Assembly: GCA_965228875.1 (NCBI GenBank)
Contig: OZ245843.1
Span: forward strand, 3,516,616-3,580,615
Direction: 5' to 3'
Length of the DNA: 64,000 bases
From: Thalassobaculaceae bacterium
GTDB lineage: Bacteria > Pseudomonadota > Alphaproteobacteria > Thalassobaculales > Thalassobaculaceae
A program made the translations under genes and the position numbers. Numbering within the stretch: the first letter of the stretch is position 1; each line of letters opens with the position of its first letter. Of this stretch, positions 36,641 to 46,681 are shown one piece after another. The notes beneath the pieces were generated by a model that saw only the letters and a program-made list of their open reading frames with translations, was not told where the DNA came from and searched no databases.

Positions 36641-37444
36641 GTGCCGGAGACCCGCACCGTGCCGGCCGAGACCCCGTCGAATGAGCCCGTGAAGTTCCCG
36701 CTCCTGTCGGTCGTCGTCCCGGTCCTGAACGAAGAGGCCAATGTCGGTCCGCTGATCGCCGAGATCCGCGACGCGCTGTCCGGCGTGTGCGCCTTCGAGA
36801 TCGTGTTCGTCGACGACGGCTCCACCGACGGCACCGCCGCGGGCCTCGCGGCCCTGCGCGCCCGGGTGCCGGAATTGCGGGTGCTGACCCATTCGGCCCG
36901 CTCGGGCCAGAGCGCCGGCCTGCGAAGCGGCATCACCGCCGCACGCGGCCGGCTGATCGCCACGCTGGACGGCGACGGCCAGAACGACCCGGCGGACATC
37001 CCGGCCCTGCTGCGCGCGTGGCAGGGCGATTCGGGCACGGCAGCGCTGATGGTGACCGGTCACCGCGTCAACCGGCGCGACACCTGGACCAAGCGCCGGG
37101 CCTCGCGGATCGCCAACGCGCTCCGCCGGTCGCTGCTCGGCGACGACAATCCGGATACCGGCTGTTCCCTCAAGCTGTTCGAGCGGTCGCTGTTCCTGCG
37201 GTTCCCCTATTTCGACCACATGCACCGCTTCCTGCCGGCGCTGGCCAAGCGCGAGGGCGCGCGGGTCGCCGTGGTGGCGGTCAACCACCGTGCGCGCCAT
37301 GCCGGCGCGTCGAAGTACAGGATCTTCGACCGGCTCGCCGTGGGCATTCCCGACCTGTTGGGTATGATGTGGCTGATGCGCCGCGCGCCACGAAACCTGA
37401 CGGTCAGCGAAGCCGCCGGGAGTGACGGAGTGAACGATGATTGA
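36641..37444 (+). CDS. Glycosyltransferase family 2 (polyprenol-phosphate sugar transferase, ArnC/DPM-like)
   Basis: SVVVPVLNE, VDDGSTDGT, LDGDGQNDP, DTGCSLK, FDHMHRFLPAL. Confidence 0.88.
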   Translation: MPETRTVPAETPSNEPVKFPLLSVVVPVLNEEANVGPLIAEIRDALSGVCAFEIVFVDDGSTDGTAAGLAALRARVPELRVLTHSARSGQSAGLRSGITAARGRLIATLDGDGQNDPADIPALLRAWQGDSGTAALMVTGHRVNRRDTWTKRRASRIANALRRSLLGDDNPDTGCSLKLFERSLFLRFPYFDHMHRFLPALAKREGARVAVVAVNHRARHAGASKYRIFDRLAVGIPDLLGMMWLMRRAPRNLTVSEAAGSDGVNDD

Positions 37445-37781
37445 GACCCTGGTCGACAAGTTCGTCGGCGCCTTCACCGGCATGTCGACCGAGGAGATCG
37501 TCATGGTCACCGTCGGGCTGGTCGGCCAGCTGATGTTCACCATGCGCTTCCTGGTCCAATGGCTTAAGAGCGAGATCAGCCGCAAGAGCGTGATCCCGAT
37601 CGCGTTCTGGTACTTCTCGATCGCCGGCGGCGCGACTCTCTTCGTCTACGCGCTGTGGCGCCAGGATCCGGTGTTCATCCTCGGCCAGGGCACCGGGCTC
37701 TTCATCTATTCCCGCAACCTCTGGCTCATCCACCGCGAACGGCGGGAGACCGAGGCGGCCGCCCGCGAAGCGACCCGATAA
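37437..37781 (+). CDS. Lipid A biosynthesis N-terminal (LAB_N) domain membrane protein
   Basis: GQLMFTMRFLVQWLKSE...SVIPIAFWYFS...DPVFILGQ...IYSRNL. Confidence 0.85.
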   Translation: MIETLVDKFVGAFTGMSTEEIVMVTVGLVGQLMFTMRFLVQWLKSEISRKSVIPIAFWYFSIAGGATLFVYALWRQDPVFILGQGTGLFIYSRNLWLIHRERRETEAAAREATR

Positions 37782-38707
37782 TGCCGCCGCGCATCGTCTC
37801 GCTGCTGCCGAGCACCACCGAGGTCGTCGCCGCGCTGGGACTGGCCGGCAGTCTGGTCGGCCGCAGCCACGAATGCGATTACCCGGCGGAGGTGGCGGGC
37901 GTGCCGGTCATGACCCGGCCCCGGCTCGACCCGGCGAAACCGTCCCGCGGCCTGCACCGCCAGGTCGCCAAGCTGATCACCCGCGCGCTCTCCGTGTTCG
38001 AGGTGGACGCCGACCGGCTCCGCGCCGCCAGGCCCGACATCATCCTCACCCAGCATCAGTGCGCCGCCTGCGCCGTCTCCGAGGCGGACCTGGCCGGCGC
38101 GCTCGCCGACTGGACCGGCACCAGACCCACCGTCGTCTCGCTGGCGCCGGAGACCCTTGAGGACGTATGGGAGAGCTTCGGGCGGATCGGCGACGCCCTC
38201 GATCTCGGCTGGGCCGGGCGTGAGCTGGCGGAACGGGCCCGCGAACGCGTCGGGATCATCTCCGCCCGCGGCGCCGCGTTGGACCCCAGGCCGCGGATCG
38301 CCTGCATCGAATGGCTCGACCCGCCGATGATCGCCGGCAACTGGGTGCCCGAACTGGTGACGACGGCCGGCGGGGAACCGGTTCTCGCGACCGCCGGCGC
38401 GCATTCGACCTTCACCACCCTGGCGTCCATTGCCAAGGCGGACCCGGACGCCATGATCGTCATGCCGTGCGGTTTCGACCTGGCCCGCGCTCTGGAGGAG
38501 GCCCGACCCTTCCTCGCCCGTCCGACGATCGCGCGGATGCGCGCGGTGCGCGAGGGTCGGCTGTGGGCGGTCGACGGCAACGCCTATTTCAACCGTCCGG
38601 GCCCCCGCCTCGTGACGTCGCTTGAGATCCTCGCGGAGATCCTCAACCCTGGGGCCTTCAACTTCTCGCGCGAGGGCGAGGCCTGGGCGCCGATCGATCT
38701 CGCGTAA
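37781..38707 (+). CDS. BtuF-like/iron-siderophore class substrate-binding-fold protein
   Basis: RIVSLLPSTTE..ALG...VGRSHECDYP; YFNRPGPRL; no obvious signal peptide. Confidence 0.8.
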   Translation: MPPRIVSLLPSTTEVVAALGLAGSLVGRSHECDYPAEVAGVPVMTRPRLDPAKPSRGLHRQVAKLITRALSVFEVDADRLRAARPDIILTQHQCAACAVSEADLAGALADWTGTRPTVVSLAPETLEDVWESFGRIGDALDLGWAGRELAERARERVGIISARGAALDPRPRIACIEWLDPPMIAGNWVPELVTTAGGEPVLATAGAHSTFTTLASIAKADPDAMIVMPCGFDLARALEEARPFLARPTIARMRAVREGRLWAVDGNAYFNRPGPRLVTSLEILAEILNPGAFNFSREGEAWAPIDLA

Positions 38708-38809
38708 CGACCCGGCCGAGCCGCCGTTTCGCCACGGATTGCCTTCATTTCGCCCTCTGGCTATGGTCGCTTCGCGGTCGCAAAACCCACCCGATCGCGA
38801 GGATTCGCC

Positions 38810-39538
38810 ATGCGCCTGCCGATTATCGCCCTGCTCGCCGCCTGCCTGCTGTTCGCCGTTCCGGCCCACGCCGAGGATGGCGCGCCGGTCACCCGTCAGG
38901 GACCGGCCGACGACGAGGTCGTGCTGATGTTCGAGGTCGAGGACTGGGTCGAGACCACCAGCGCCACCGTCCGGATCGCCGCGGACCTCGCGGTCGAGGC
39001 CGGCGCGTTCGGCACCGCCCGCGACGACCTCGTGGCCAGCCTGGTCGGCTTCGGCATCGACACCCAGTGGCGCATTGTCCAGTTCTCAAAGCGCGCCGAC
39101 GACGCCGGCTACGAACGCTGGAGCGTGACCGCCGAGGCGCGGGTGCCGGAGGCGGCGCTGTCGGATCTCACGGCCAAGACGAAGCGGGCGACGAGGCCCG
39201 GCCGGTCGCTGCGCGTCGCCGAGATCGACTACTCGCCGATGCTGGCGGAGCGCGAGGCCGTGATCGACGCGCTGCGGGCCCGGGTCTATGGCCGGGTCGG
39301 GCGGGAGATCGATGCCCTCAATACCGCGTTCGCCGACCGCGGTTTCCGCATCCGGCTGATCGACTTCACCCAATCGTTCCGGCCGATGGCCATGACCGCC
39401 AAGGCCGAGGCGCGGCTGATGCGCGCCGACGCCCCTGCGCCCGCCGGGGGCGGGCTGGCCGGCGCCGAGAAGGCGGTCCTGGCAGCGCGGGTCCACCTGG
39501 CCGCCACCGCGCCGACGGCGACATCCACCGACAGATAA
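38810..39538 (+). CDS. Secreted hypothetical protein, possibly SIMPL/DUF541-like
   Basis: Clear signal peptide (AHA-E); family assignment tentative. Confidence 0.6.
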   Translation: MRLPIIALLAACLLFAVPAHAEDGAPVTRQGPADDEVVLMFEVEDWVETTSATVRIAADLAVEAGAFGTARDDLVASLVGFGIDTQWRIVQFSKRADDAGYERWSVTAEARVPEAALSDLTAKTKRATRPGRSLRVAEIDYSPMLAEREAVIDALRARVYGRVGREIDALNTAFADRGFRIRLIDFTQSFRPMAMTAKAEARLMRADAPAPAGGGLAGAEKAVLAARVHLAATAPTATSTDR

Positions 39539-39576
39539 TCCACAGGTAAACCACAACCGCTTCGAGGGAGGGCGCG

Positions 39577-40326
39577 ATGTCCGACAAGGTCCTGATCGTT
39601 ACCGGAGGCTCGCGCGGCATCGGGGCCGCCGTATGTCGGCTGGCCGCCGCCCAGGGCTGGGACGTCGCGGTCAACTACGCCTCCAACCGCGACGCCGCCG
39701 AGGCGGTACGCGAGCAGGTGCTCGACGCCGGCCGGCGGGCCATCACGGTCAAGGGCGACATGGCCAGCGAGGACGATATTCTCGCCCTGTTCCGCGAGAC
39801 CGAGGCGGAGCTCGGCCCGGTCACCGGCGTGGTCGCCAATGCCGGCATCACCGGCCGGATCACGCGGGTCGAGGACATGAGCACCGAGGCCATGCGGGAG
39901 GTCGTCAACCTGAACGTCATCGGCATGATGATCACCAACCGCGAGGCGGTGAGGCGGATGTCGACCAAACGCGGCGGCCCCGGCGGTGCGATCGTCAACA
40001 CCTCCTCGATCGCGCCGCGCATCGGCTCGCCCAACGAGTTCGTGCACTACGCGGCATCCAAGGGCGCGGTCGACGCCTGGACCGTTGGCCTCGGCCGCGA
40101 GGTCGCCGGCGAGGGTGTGCGGGTCAACGCCGTGGCGCCGGGCATGATCGACACCGACATCCACGCCACCGCCGGCGCGCCGGACCGGGCATCGCGGCTC
40201 GGCGCGATGGTGCCGATCGGCCGGGCCGGGACCGCCGAGGAGGTGGCCGAGGCCATCTGCTGGCTGCTCTCGGACCATGCCCGCTACTGCGTCGGAACCG
40301 TGCTGGAAGTGAATGGTGGCCGCTGA
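39577..40326 (+). CDS. Short-chain dehydrogenase/reductase
   Basis: TGGSRGIG, NAGI, YAASK. Confidence 0.92.
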   Translation: MSDKVLIVTGGSRGIGAAVCRLAAAQGWDVAVNYASNRDAAEAVREQVLDAGRRAITVKGDMASEDDILALFRETEAELGPVTGVVANAGITGRITRVEDMSTEAMREVVNLNVIGMMITNREAVRRMSTKRGGPGGAIVNTSSIAPRIGSPNEFVHYAASKGAVDAWTVGLGREVAGEGVRVNAVAPGMIDTDIHATAGAPDRASRLGAMVPIGRAGTAEEVAEAICWLLSDHARYCVGTVLEVNGGR

Positions 40327-41488
40327 CGCCGCGCAGAAGCTCTCGGTCGACTGTTCGACGGTCCCCGAGGGGCGGCCGCTGGAGCGCTATTCGGCTCTGG
40401 TGGCGGCCGGGGCGATCACCGCCGACCCCGACCAGGAGGCGGCGGCCCGACAGCTGGACGCGCTGGCCGACGCGGTCGCCGGCTGGCGGGCGCGCCCCCC
40501 GAAGAGCGGCGGCTTGGTGCGCCGCTTCCTCGGTGGCTGGGATTCCGGCCGGGTCGACACGCCGCGCGGCCTGTACCTGTACGGCCCCGTCGGGCGCGGC
40601 AAGTCCATGCTCATGGACCTGTTCTTCGACGCCGCCGAGGTCGGACGCAAACGCCGCGTGCATTTCCACGAGTTCATGCAGGAGGCCCACGGCCTCATCC
40701 AGCACATCCGCAAGCGCGGGATCGGCGGCGAGACGCCGTTCGACCGCGCCGCCCAGGAGATCGCCCGCGACGCCCACCTTCTGTGCTTCGACGAGATGGA
40801 GGTGCGCGACATCGCCGACGCGATGATCCTTTCGCGCCTGTTCACCGCCCTGATGGAGCGCGGCGTCGTCGTGGTCGCCACCTCGAACCGCCATCCCGAC
40901 GAACTCTACAAGAACGGTCTGCAGCGCGATCGCTTCCTGCCGTTCATCGAACTGCTCAAGGCGCGGCTGGACATTGCAGACCTGGGCGACGGGACCGACT
41001 ACCGCCTGGACCGCCTGGTCGGCGAGGCGGTGTATCTGACCCCGCCGGACGCGGCGGCCACCGAGCGGCTCAACCGGATCTTCGCCGACCTGACCGGCGG
41101 AGACGCGCCGGAGAGCGACACCGTCATCGTCCACGGACGGGAGATGGCGGTCTCCCATGCCGCCCGCGGCGTCGCCCGCTTCCGCTTCGAGGAGCTCTGC
41201 GCGCAGCCCCTCGGGCCGGCCGACTTTCTGGCCCTGGCGCGCAAGTACCGGGCGGTCGTGATCGACGGTATCCCGACCATGACCGACCAGATCCGCGACC
41301 AGGCGCGGCGCTTCATGATGCTTATCGATGCCCTGTACGAGCGGCGCACCACCCTCGTCTGCTCCGCCGAGGCCGAGCCGGAAGCGCTCTATGCCGGGTC
41401 GGACTGGGGGTTCGAGTTCGACAGGACGGTCTCCCGGCTGATGGAGATGCGGTCCTCGGACTACGTGGCGGCCCCCCACCAGCCCTGA
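40313..41488 (+). CDS. zapE: ZapE/AFG1-family ATPase
   Basis: GLYLYGPVGRGKSMLMDLF, RVHFHEFM, LCFDE, TSNRHPDELYKNGLQR, FDRTVSRLMEM. Confidence 0.92.
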   Translation: MVAADAAQKLSVDCSTVPEGRPLERYSALVAAGAITADPDQEAAARQLDALADAVAGWRARPPKSGGLVRRFLGGWDSGRVDTPRGLYLYGPVGRGKSMLMDLFFDAAEVGRKRRVHFHEFMQEAHGLIQHIRKRGIGGETPFDRAAQEIARDAHLLCFDEMEVRDIADAMILSRLFTALMERGVVVVATSNRHPDELYKNGLQRDRFLPFIELLKARLDIADLGDGTDYRLDRLVGEAVYLTPPDAAATERLNRIFADLTGGDAPESDTVIVHGREMAVSHAARGVARFRFEELCAQPLGPADFLALARKYRAVVIDGIPTMTDQIRDQARRFMMLIDALYERRTTLVCSAEAEPEALYAGSDWGFEFDRTVSRLMEMRSSDYVAAPHQP

Positions 41489-41658
41489 TCTCGTCGCCGC
41501 CGGACGCGAGCAGGTCCGGTTTCGGGCTCGCATAGGGCGAGATCCATTGCGTTTTCAAGAAAAGTCCCTAAAAGTCTCAGTACTGCGGTCGATGACCGCA
41601 TCGCGTCGCCCGAAGAACAAGAACCGGACCGGGCGACCGAGGGGGAGACTGCACCGCC

Positions 41659-42699
41659 ATGCCCGACGCACACGGCATGACGAGTGAGATAGCGGAATAC
41701 GATCGCGATTCGATTCACACGCTGCCGCTATCCATCGTCCCGATCAAGACAGCCGCGATGCGGAAGGCGCGCCTGATCAAGAACGTGCGCCTGGAGACCC
41801 GGATCGAACTCTTCCGCGAGAAGGGCATGGGCTCCGGCCAGATCGCCGTGGAAGAGGTTCCCGACTTCTTCGGCGACGAGGGTGGTCTCAAGGACGACAT
41901 CCTGCTGCTGCGCCGGCTCAGCCAGTTGCCGGCCTTCGATCCCTATACGCTGCGCGTCGGCCTGCGCACGGCCGGCGTCGATGTCCTGAACCTCGACGCG
42001 TTCCAGCTCTCCGCGGCCAAGAAGCGGGAACTGATGCCGATGATGCGCAACATCACGCGGCCGCTGATGCAGCATCTCTACGGCGATCGCGGCGGTGACG
42101 AGAACGACATCGAGACCCTGATCGAGCGGATCGCCAATCCGGACACGCCGAAGGTGCGCAAGCGGATCGACAGCATGGCCCGGGGCCTCGGCATCACCAT
42201 CGACCAGTTGCCCGACATGCTCGAGAGCTACGGCGACACCCACCTCGCCCTGTCCTACTACCGCAGCTATTTCCAGTACGGCCTTCCGATCGTGCACCGG
42301 CTGCTGAGCTGGATCGGCGAGGTCAAGGATTCCGGAGCCCTGCGGCACGACGCGCCGACCCAGAAGTCGATCGCCAAGGTCGAGGAGATCCTGACGTTCG
42401 TGACCAACTCCGTGACCCACCGCTTCAACGGCTTCGACCGCGACACGGTGGTGCGCTGGGACCAGGTTTCGGTCGACACCTTCAACGCCGTGCGCGGCGC
42501 CATCACCCGCCATCAGCGCAGCCTTGCCGAGGTGCTGTGCGGTCTGACCGTCAAGGTCTACGAGTGGGAGGAGAAGTTCCCAAGCGGCGGCGGCAGTCCG
42601 GAGAAGCGGGCCGAGTTCGTCTCGTCGGAGGTTCGGCCCGGCCTAGACCGCCTCTGGGCCATGGAGCGTCGCGCCCCGAAATTCATCCGCGCGGCCTGA
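41659..42699 (+). CDS. Uncharacterised 346-aa protein (paralog family member A)
   Basis: GGGGAG RBS, strong codon bias, LPAFDPYTLR motif. Confidence 0.85.
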   Translation: MPDAHGMTSEIAEYDRDSIHTLPLSIVPIKTAAMRKARLIKNVRLETRIELFREKGMGSGQIAVEEVPDFFGDEGGLKDDILLLRRLSQLPAFDPYTLRVGLRTAGVDVLNLDAFQLSAAKKRELMPMMRNITRPLMQHLYGDRGGDENDIETLIERIANPDTPKVRKRIDSMARGLGITIDQLPDMLESYGDTHLALSYYRSYFQYGLPIVHRLLSWIGEVKDSGALRHDAPTQKSIAKVEEILTFVTNSVTHRFNGFDRDTVVRWDQVSVDTFNAVRGAITRHQRSLAEVLCGLTVKVYEWEEKFPSGGGSPEKRAEFVSSEVRPGLDRLWAMERRAPKFIRAA

Positions 42700-42732
42700 C
42701 CGGCGGGACGGCGATATCCGATCCGGCGGATG

Positions 42733-43326
42733 TCAGACGCTGCGCCGGGCCTTCAGCGCCTGGGTCAGGGTACCGTCGTCCAGGTAGTCGAGTTCACCGC
42801 CGACCGGGACCCCATGGGCCAGTCGCGAGACCGTGACGCCGGTTCCGGCGAGCCGGTCGGCGATGTAATGCGCCGTGGTCTGGCCGTCGACCGTGGCGTT
42901 CATCGCCAGGATGACCTCCGTCACCTCCGGCGCGGCGGCCCGGGCCACGAGGCTGTCGACGTTCAGGTCCTCGGGACCGACCCCGTCCAGCGCCGACAGC
43001 ACGCCACCGGTGACGTGATAGCGCCCCTTGAACGCCGCAGCGCGCTCCAGGGCCCAGACATCGCCGACATCCTCGACAACGCAGATCTGGCTTGGATCCC
43101 GGCGCGTGTCCTGGCAGATGCCGCAGGGATCGGTGGTGTCGAAATTGCCGCAGACCGAGCACGTTCGGATCGAGCCCGCCGCCGCCGCCAGCGCCTCGGC
43201 CAGCGGCTCCATGAGCGACTCGCGCTTCTGCATGAGGTGAAGCATCGCCCGGCGTGCCGACCGCGGCCCCAGCCCCGGCAGTTTCGCCAGCAGATGCATC
43301 ACCCGATCGAGATCGCCCACGGCCAT
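42733..43326 (-). CDS. recR: Recombination mediator RecR
   Basis: [11 protein letters not shown] helix-hairpin-helix, C4 zinc finger, TOPRIM domain, [16 protein letters not shown]. Confidence 0.96.
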   Translation of the reverse strand: MAVGDLDRVMHLLAKLPGLGPRSARRAMLHLMQKRESLMEPLAEALAAAAGSIRTCSVCGNFDTTDPCGICQDTRRDPSQICVVEDVGDVWALERAAAFKGRYHVTGGVLSALDGVGPEDLNVDSLVARAAAPEVTEVILAMNATVDGQTTAHYIADRLAGTGVTVSRLAHGVPVGGELDYLDDGTLTQALKARRSV

Positions 43327-43351
43327 CGCTTCGACACCCGGAACGCTGGGA

Positions 43352-43675
43352 TCAGAACGGCAGCTTGAAGCCCGGCGGCAGGGGCAGTCCGCCGGTAAGC
43401 TCCTTCATCTGCTCCGACTGCAACGCGTCGGCCTTGGCGCGGGCGTCGTTGAGGGCGGCGACGATCAGATCCTCTAGAACCTCCGCCTCGCTGGCAACGA
43501 TCAGCGCGGGATCGATCTTGACCGCCTTGGCCGAGCCCTTGGCCGTCATCGTGACCGTCACCATGCCACCACCGGCGACCCCCTGGATCTCGGTCCGTTC
43601 CATCTTCTCCTGCATGTCCTGCATGCGGGCCTGCATTTCCTGGGCCTGTTTCATCATCTGGCCGAGATTCTTCAT
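43352..43675 (-). CDS. ybaB: YbaB/EbfC nucleoid-associated protein
   Basis: [41 protein letters not shown]. Confidence 0.95.
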   Translation of the reverse strand: MKNLGQMMKQAQEMQARMQDMQEKMERTEIQGVAGGGMVTVTMTAKGSAKAVKIDPALIVASEAEVLEDLIVAALNDARAKADALQSEQMKELTGGLPLPPGFKLPF

Positions 43676-43678
43676 CGC

Positions 43679-45673
43679 TCACGCCTCGTTGGCTTGTCCC
43701 GCCCGCGGCGGGTCGTTGGGAATGTCGGCGGGCGCCTCCGCCGTTTCGGGCTCAGGCGCCGACAGCTCGACGACAGTGTCTATCTCGGCGCCGGGGAACA
43801 GTTCCAGCACCTTGGCGACCACCGGATGGGCCGCCAGCTCCGCCCGCATCGCCGCCTTCTCCGCCGCGCGCTGCTCGCGCAGGGTCGGCCCGCCCTCCTC
43901 GTCTGAAATCTCGACCGTCCAGTCCCGCCCGGTCCAGCGCGACAGATGACCGGCCAGTTGGGAGAGCTGCCGGGGATCCACGCCCTTCTGCGGTCGGATC
44001 TCAAGCCGTCCAGGCTCGACCGTGACCGGATGGACCGCGTTGGTGAGTTGGGCGGCCAGGATCGCCTCCCCCCGCCGGAAGGCGAGGTCGGCGATACCGG
44101 CGAAATCGGTCGGCACGGGATCGACCGCGTCGTCCGGATCGCCGGCCGGTCCCTCGTCGTCCTCCGGCGGCGGGCCGGCGGTCACGAAATCCGGCACGTC
44201 GTCCATCGGCGGCACGTCGCCGGAGGACGACGAGGGGCCGGCAACGGCTTCGAGGCCGGATTCCGGGACGGATTCCGGGACGGATTCGGAGGCAGATTCC
44301 GGGGCACGTTGCCGAGCAGGCTCCGCCGCTGCATCCCCGACCGGTTCGACGGCGGGTGCGGCTATCGGCGACGCCGACGCCGGCGATGCCGCGGCCGGGC
44401 CGGATGCCGGTGCGCCCGAGGGTCCGCCCGGAACCGCAGCGGAGGCTGGCAGCGGCGTTCCGTCGGTCAGCAGGCGGACCAGATCCGCCGGGTCCGGCAT
44501 GTCCGCGCTGTGGGCGATGCGGATCAGCACCATCTCGGCCGCGGCGATCGGTACCGGCGCGACCTGCACCTCACCCAGCCCCTTGGCCAGCATCTGCCAG
44601 CTCCGGGTCAGGGCCGGTACCGCCAGCGTCGTCGCCAGGGCCCGACCGCGGTCGCGCTCCGCCTCGCCCAGATCGTTGGCGCCGGCCGCCTGCGGCGCGG
44701 CCTTCAATCGGGTGACCGTATGGGTCAGTTCCATCAGATCCTGGATCACCACCACCGGATCGGCACCACCGTCATATAGGTCGGCAAGCACCGTCAGCGC
44801 GTCGCCGATCCGGCCGCCCATGACCGCCTCGAACAGGTCGTAGACCCGCTCCCGGTCGACCAGGCCCAGCATGTCGCGCACGCCTGCGACGGTGACCGGC
44901 CCGAGGGCCAGCGCGATCGCCTGGTCCAGGATCGACAGTCCGTCGCGGGCCGAACCGTCGGCGGCCCGGGCGATCAGGCGCAGCGCCTCCGCCTCCGCCT
45001 CGACCCCCTCCGCCGCGCAGACCCGTTCGAACAGCTGGATCAGCAGCGCGATGTCGATGCGCCGAAGGTCGAAGCGCTGGCAGCGCGACAGGACCGTGAT
45101 CGGGACCTTGCGGATCTCGGTCGTCGCGAAGATGAACTTGGCGTGTTCCGGCGGCTCCTCCAACGTCTTCAGCAGGGCGTTGAAGGCGTTCTTGGAGAGC
45201 ATGTGCACTTCGTCGACGATGTAGACCTTGTAGCGGCCCGCGACCGGACGGTAGCGGACGTTCTCGATCAGCTCGCGGACGTCGTCGACGCCGGTATGGG
45301 AGGCGGCGTCCATCTCCAGGACGTCCACATGCCGGTCCTCGGCGATGGCCCGGCAGTTGTCGCACACGCCGCAGGGTTTCATGGTCGGGCCGCCGGCGCC
45401 ATCCGGCCCGATGCAGTTCAGGCCCTTGGCGATGATCCGCGCCGTCGTCGTCTTGCCGACGCCGCGCACGCCGGTCAGCACGAAGGCGTGGTGCACCCGG
45501 TTCTGCTCGAAGGCGTTGCGCAGGGTGCGGACAAGCGCATCCTGGCCCATCAGGTCGTCGAAGGTCTGCGGCCGGTACTTGCGGGCGAGAACCCGGTATT
45601 CGCCGGCCGCGATCGCCGGTGCCCCCGATGCGTCGGGAACGGGAGTCGGATCGTGCTGGGGGGTGTCGCTCAT
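43679..45673 (-). CDS. dnaX: DNA polymerase III subunit gamma/tau
   Basis: YRVLARKYRP, GVRGVGKTT, DEVHMLSKNAFNALLKTLEEPP, SRC; start at MSDTPQH, downstream of the SRP RNA. Confidence 0.96.
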   Translation of the reverse strand: MSDTPQHDPTPVPDASGAPAIAAGEYRVLARKYRPQTFDDLMGQDALVRTLRNAFEQNRVHHAFVLTGVRGVGKTTTARIIAKGLNCIGPDGAGGPTMKPCGVCDNCRAIAEDRHVDVLEMDAASHTGVDDVRELIENVRYRPVAGRYKVYIVDEVHMLSKNAFNALLKTLEEPPEHAKFIFATTEIRKVPITVLSRCQRFDLRRIDIALLIQLFERVCAAEGVEAEAEALRLIARAADGSARDGLSILDQAIALALGPVTVAGVRDMLGLVDRERVYDLFEAVMGGRIGDALTVLADLYDGGADPVVVIQDLMELTHTVTRLKAAPQAAGANDLGEAERDRGRALATTLAVPALTRSWQMLAKGLGEVQVAPVPIAAAEMVLIRIAHSADMPDPADLVRLLTDGTPLPASAAVPGGPSGAPASGPAAASPASASPIAAPAVEPVGDAAAEPARQRAPESASESVPESVPESGLEAVAGPSSSSGDVPPMDDVPDFVTAGPPPEDDEGPAGDPDDAVDPVPTDFAGIADLAFRRGEAILAAQLTNAVHPVTVEPGRLEIRPQKGVDPRQLSQLAGHLSRWTGRDWTVEISDEEGGPTLREQRAAEKAAMRAELAAHPVVAKVLELFPGAEIDTVVELSAPEPETAEAPADIPNDPPRAGQANEA

Positions 45674-45756
45674 GGCGCGATCATAGGGCGGCGTCCGAGC
45701 ACAGGAAAGGACGCGATCCCTCAAATCGGACCGGCGGCGGCATCGCGATGCGTATG

Positions 45757-45855
45757 GGTGGAAGACTGGCAGCGACCCGGGCCGAAACTCGTTACGGCTG
45801 CTTCCTTCCGGACCTGACCGGTTTGGCGAGGAGCCCGTCCGCGCCAGCCTTCCGC
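45757..45855 (-). ncRNA. ffs: Signal recognition particle small RNA (4.5S)
   Basis: Long hairpin containing CAGGTCCGGAAGGAAGCAGC; classic position upstream of dnaX; ends approximate. Confidence 0.93.
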
Positions 45856-45968
45856 CTCTCATATAGGGCGAAGGCAGGGGGTGGCGCAAGGACGGCGGGC
45901 GCTTGAGTCGGCTACCGGCCCCACCTATCGTGGCCGCACCTGCGACACGGACAGACGGACGGGCGAGC

Positions 45969-46598
45969 ATGAGCCAGGCGGTGCGCGACATCCTGACCCG
46001 GGGACCGGTGATCCCGGTCGTCACGATCGACGATCCCGACGCGGCGCCCGACCTCGCCCGCGCCCTGCTCGACGGCGGGGTGACGGTGGTCGAGGTCACC
46101 ATGCGCACGCCCGCCGCCCTGGCGGCGGTACGCGCGATCCGCGACGCGGTACCGGAGATCTGTGCCGGCGTCGGCACCCTGCTCGATCCGGATCGCATCG
46201 CCGAGGTCTTGGCCGCCGGCGCGCAGTTCGCCGTCTCGCCGGGACTGGATCTCGATCTGGTGGCAGCCTGCCGCGAAGCGGATCTCGCCGTGCTGCCGGG
46301 CATCCAGACCGTCTCCGAGGCGATGGCGGCGCGCCGCGCCGGGCTCGACACCCTGAAGTTCTTCCCCGCGAAGTCGGCCGGCGGGCCGGGCGCCCTGGAG
46401 CAGATCCGCCCGGTGCTGCCGGAACTGCGGTTCTGTCCGACGGGCGGCATCGCGCAGGCCGACGCACCTGCCTACTTGTCGCTGCCGAACGTCCTGTGCG
46501 TCGGCGGCAGCTTCCCGGCCCCGGCCGACGCAATCCGCGACCGCGACTGGGCACGTATCCGCGCATGCTGCGCCGACACACTCCCGCTAAAGGTGTAG
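45969..46598 (+). CDS. eda: KDPG/KHG aldolase
   Basis: PVIPV, EVTMRT, GVGT, FAVSPG, KFFPA, FCPTGGI, CVGGS. Confidence 0.92.
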   Translation: MSQAVRDILTRGPVIPVVTIDDPDAAPDLARALLDGGVTVVEVTMRTPAALAAVRAIRDAVPEICAGVGTLLDPDRIAEVLAAGAQFAVSPGLDLDLVAACREADLAVLPGIQTVSEAMAARRAGLDTLKFFPAKSAGGPGALEQIRPVLPELRFCPTGGIAQADAPAYLSLPNVLCVGGSFPAPADAIRDRDWARIRACCADTLPLKV

Positions 46599-46681
46599 AA
46601 AGCAATCATAAAAGCCCGTTTGACCTGCGCCCGGTGCTATCCTACGGTCGAAGTCGAACAATCTGGCCGCAGGCTTGATCG

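Noticed and set aside
43679..45673. E. coli-type programmed -1 frameshift in dnaX
   Set aside because: No A_AAA_AAG or long poly-A slippery site seen in the coding strand
45674..46450. 259-aa N-terminal extension of DnaX in the ORF track
   Set aside because: Overlaps the SRP RNA and the opposite-strand eda gene; homology starts near MSDTPQH
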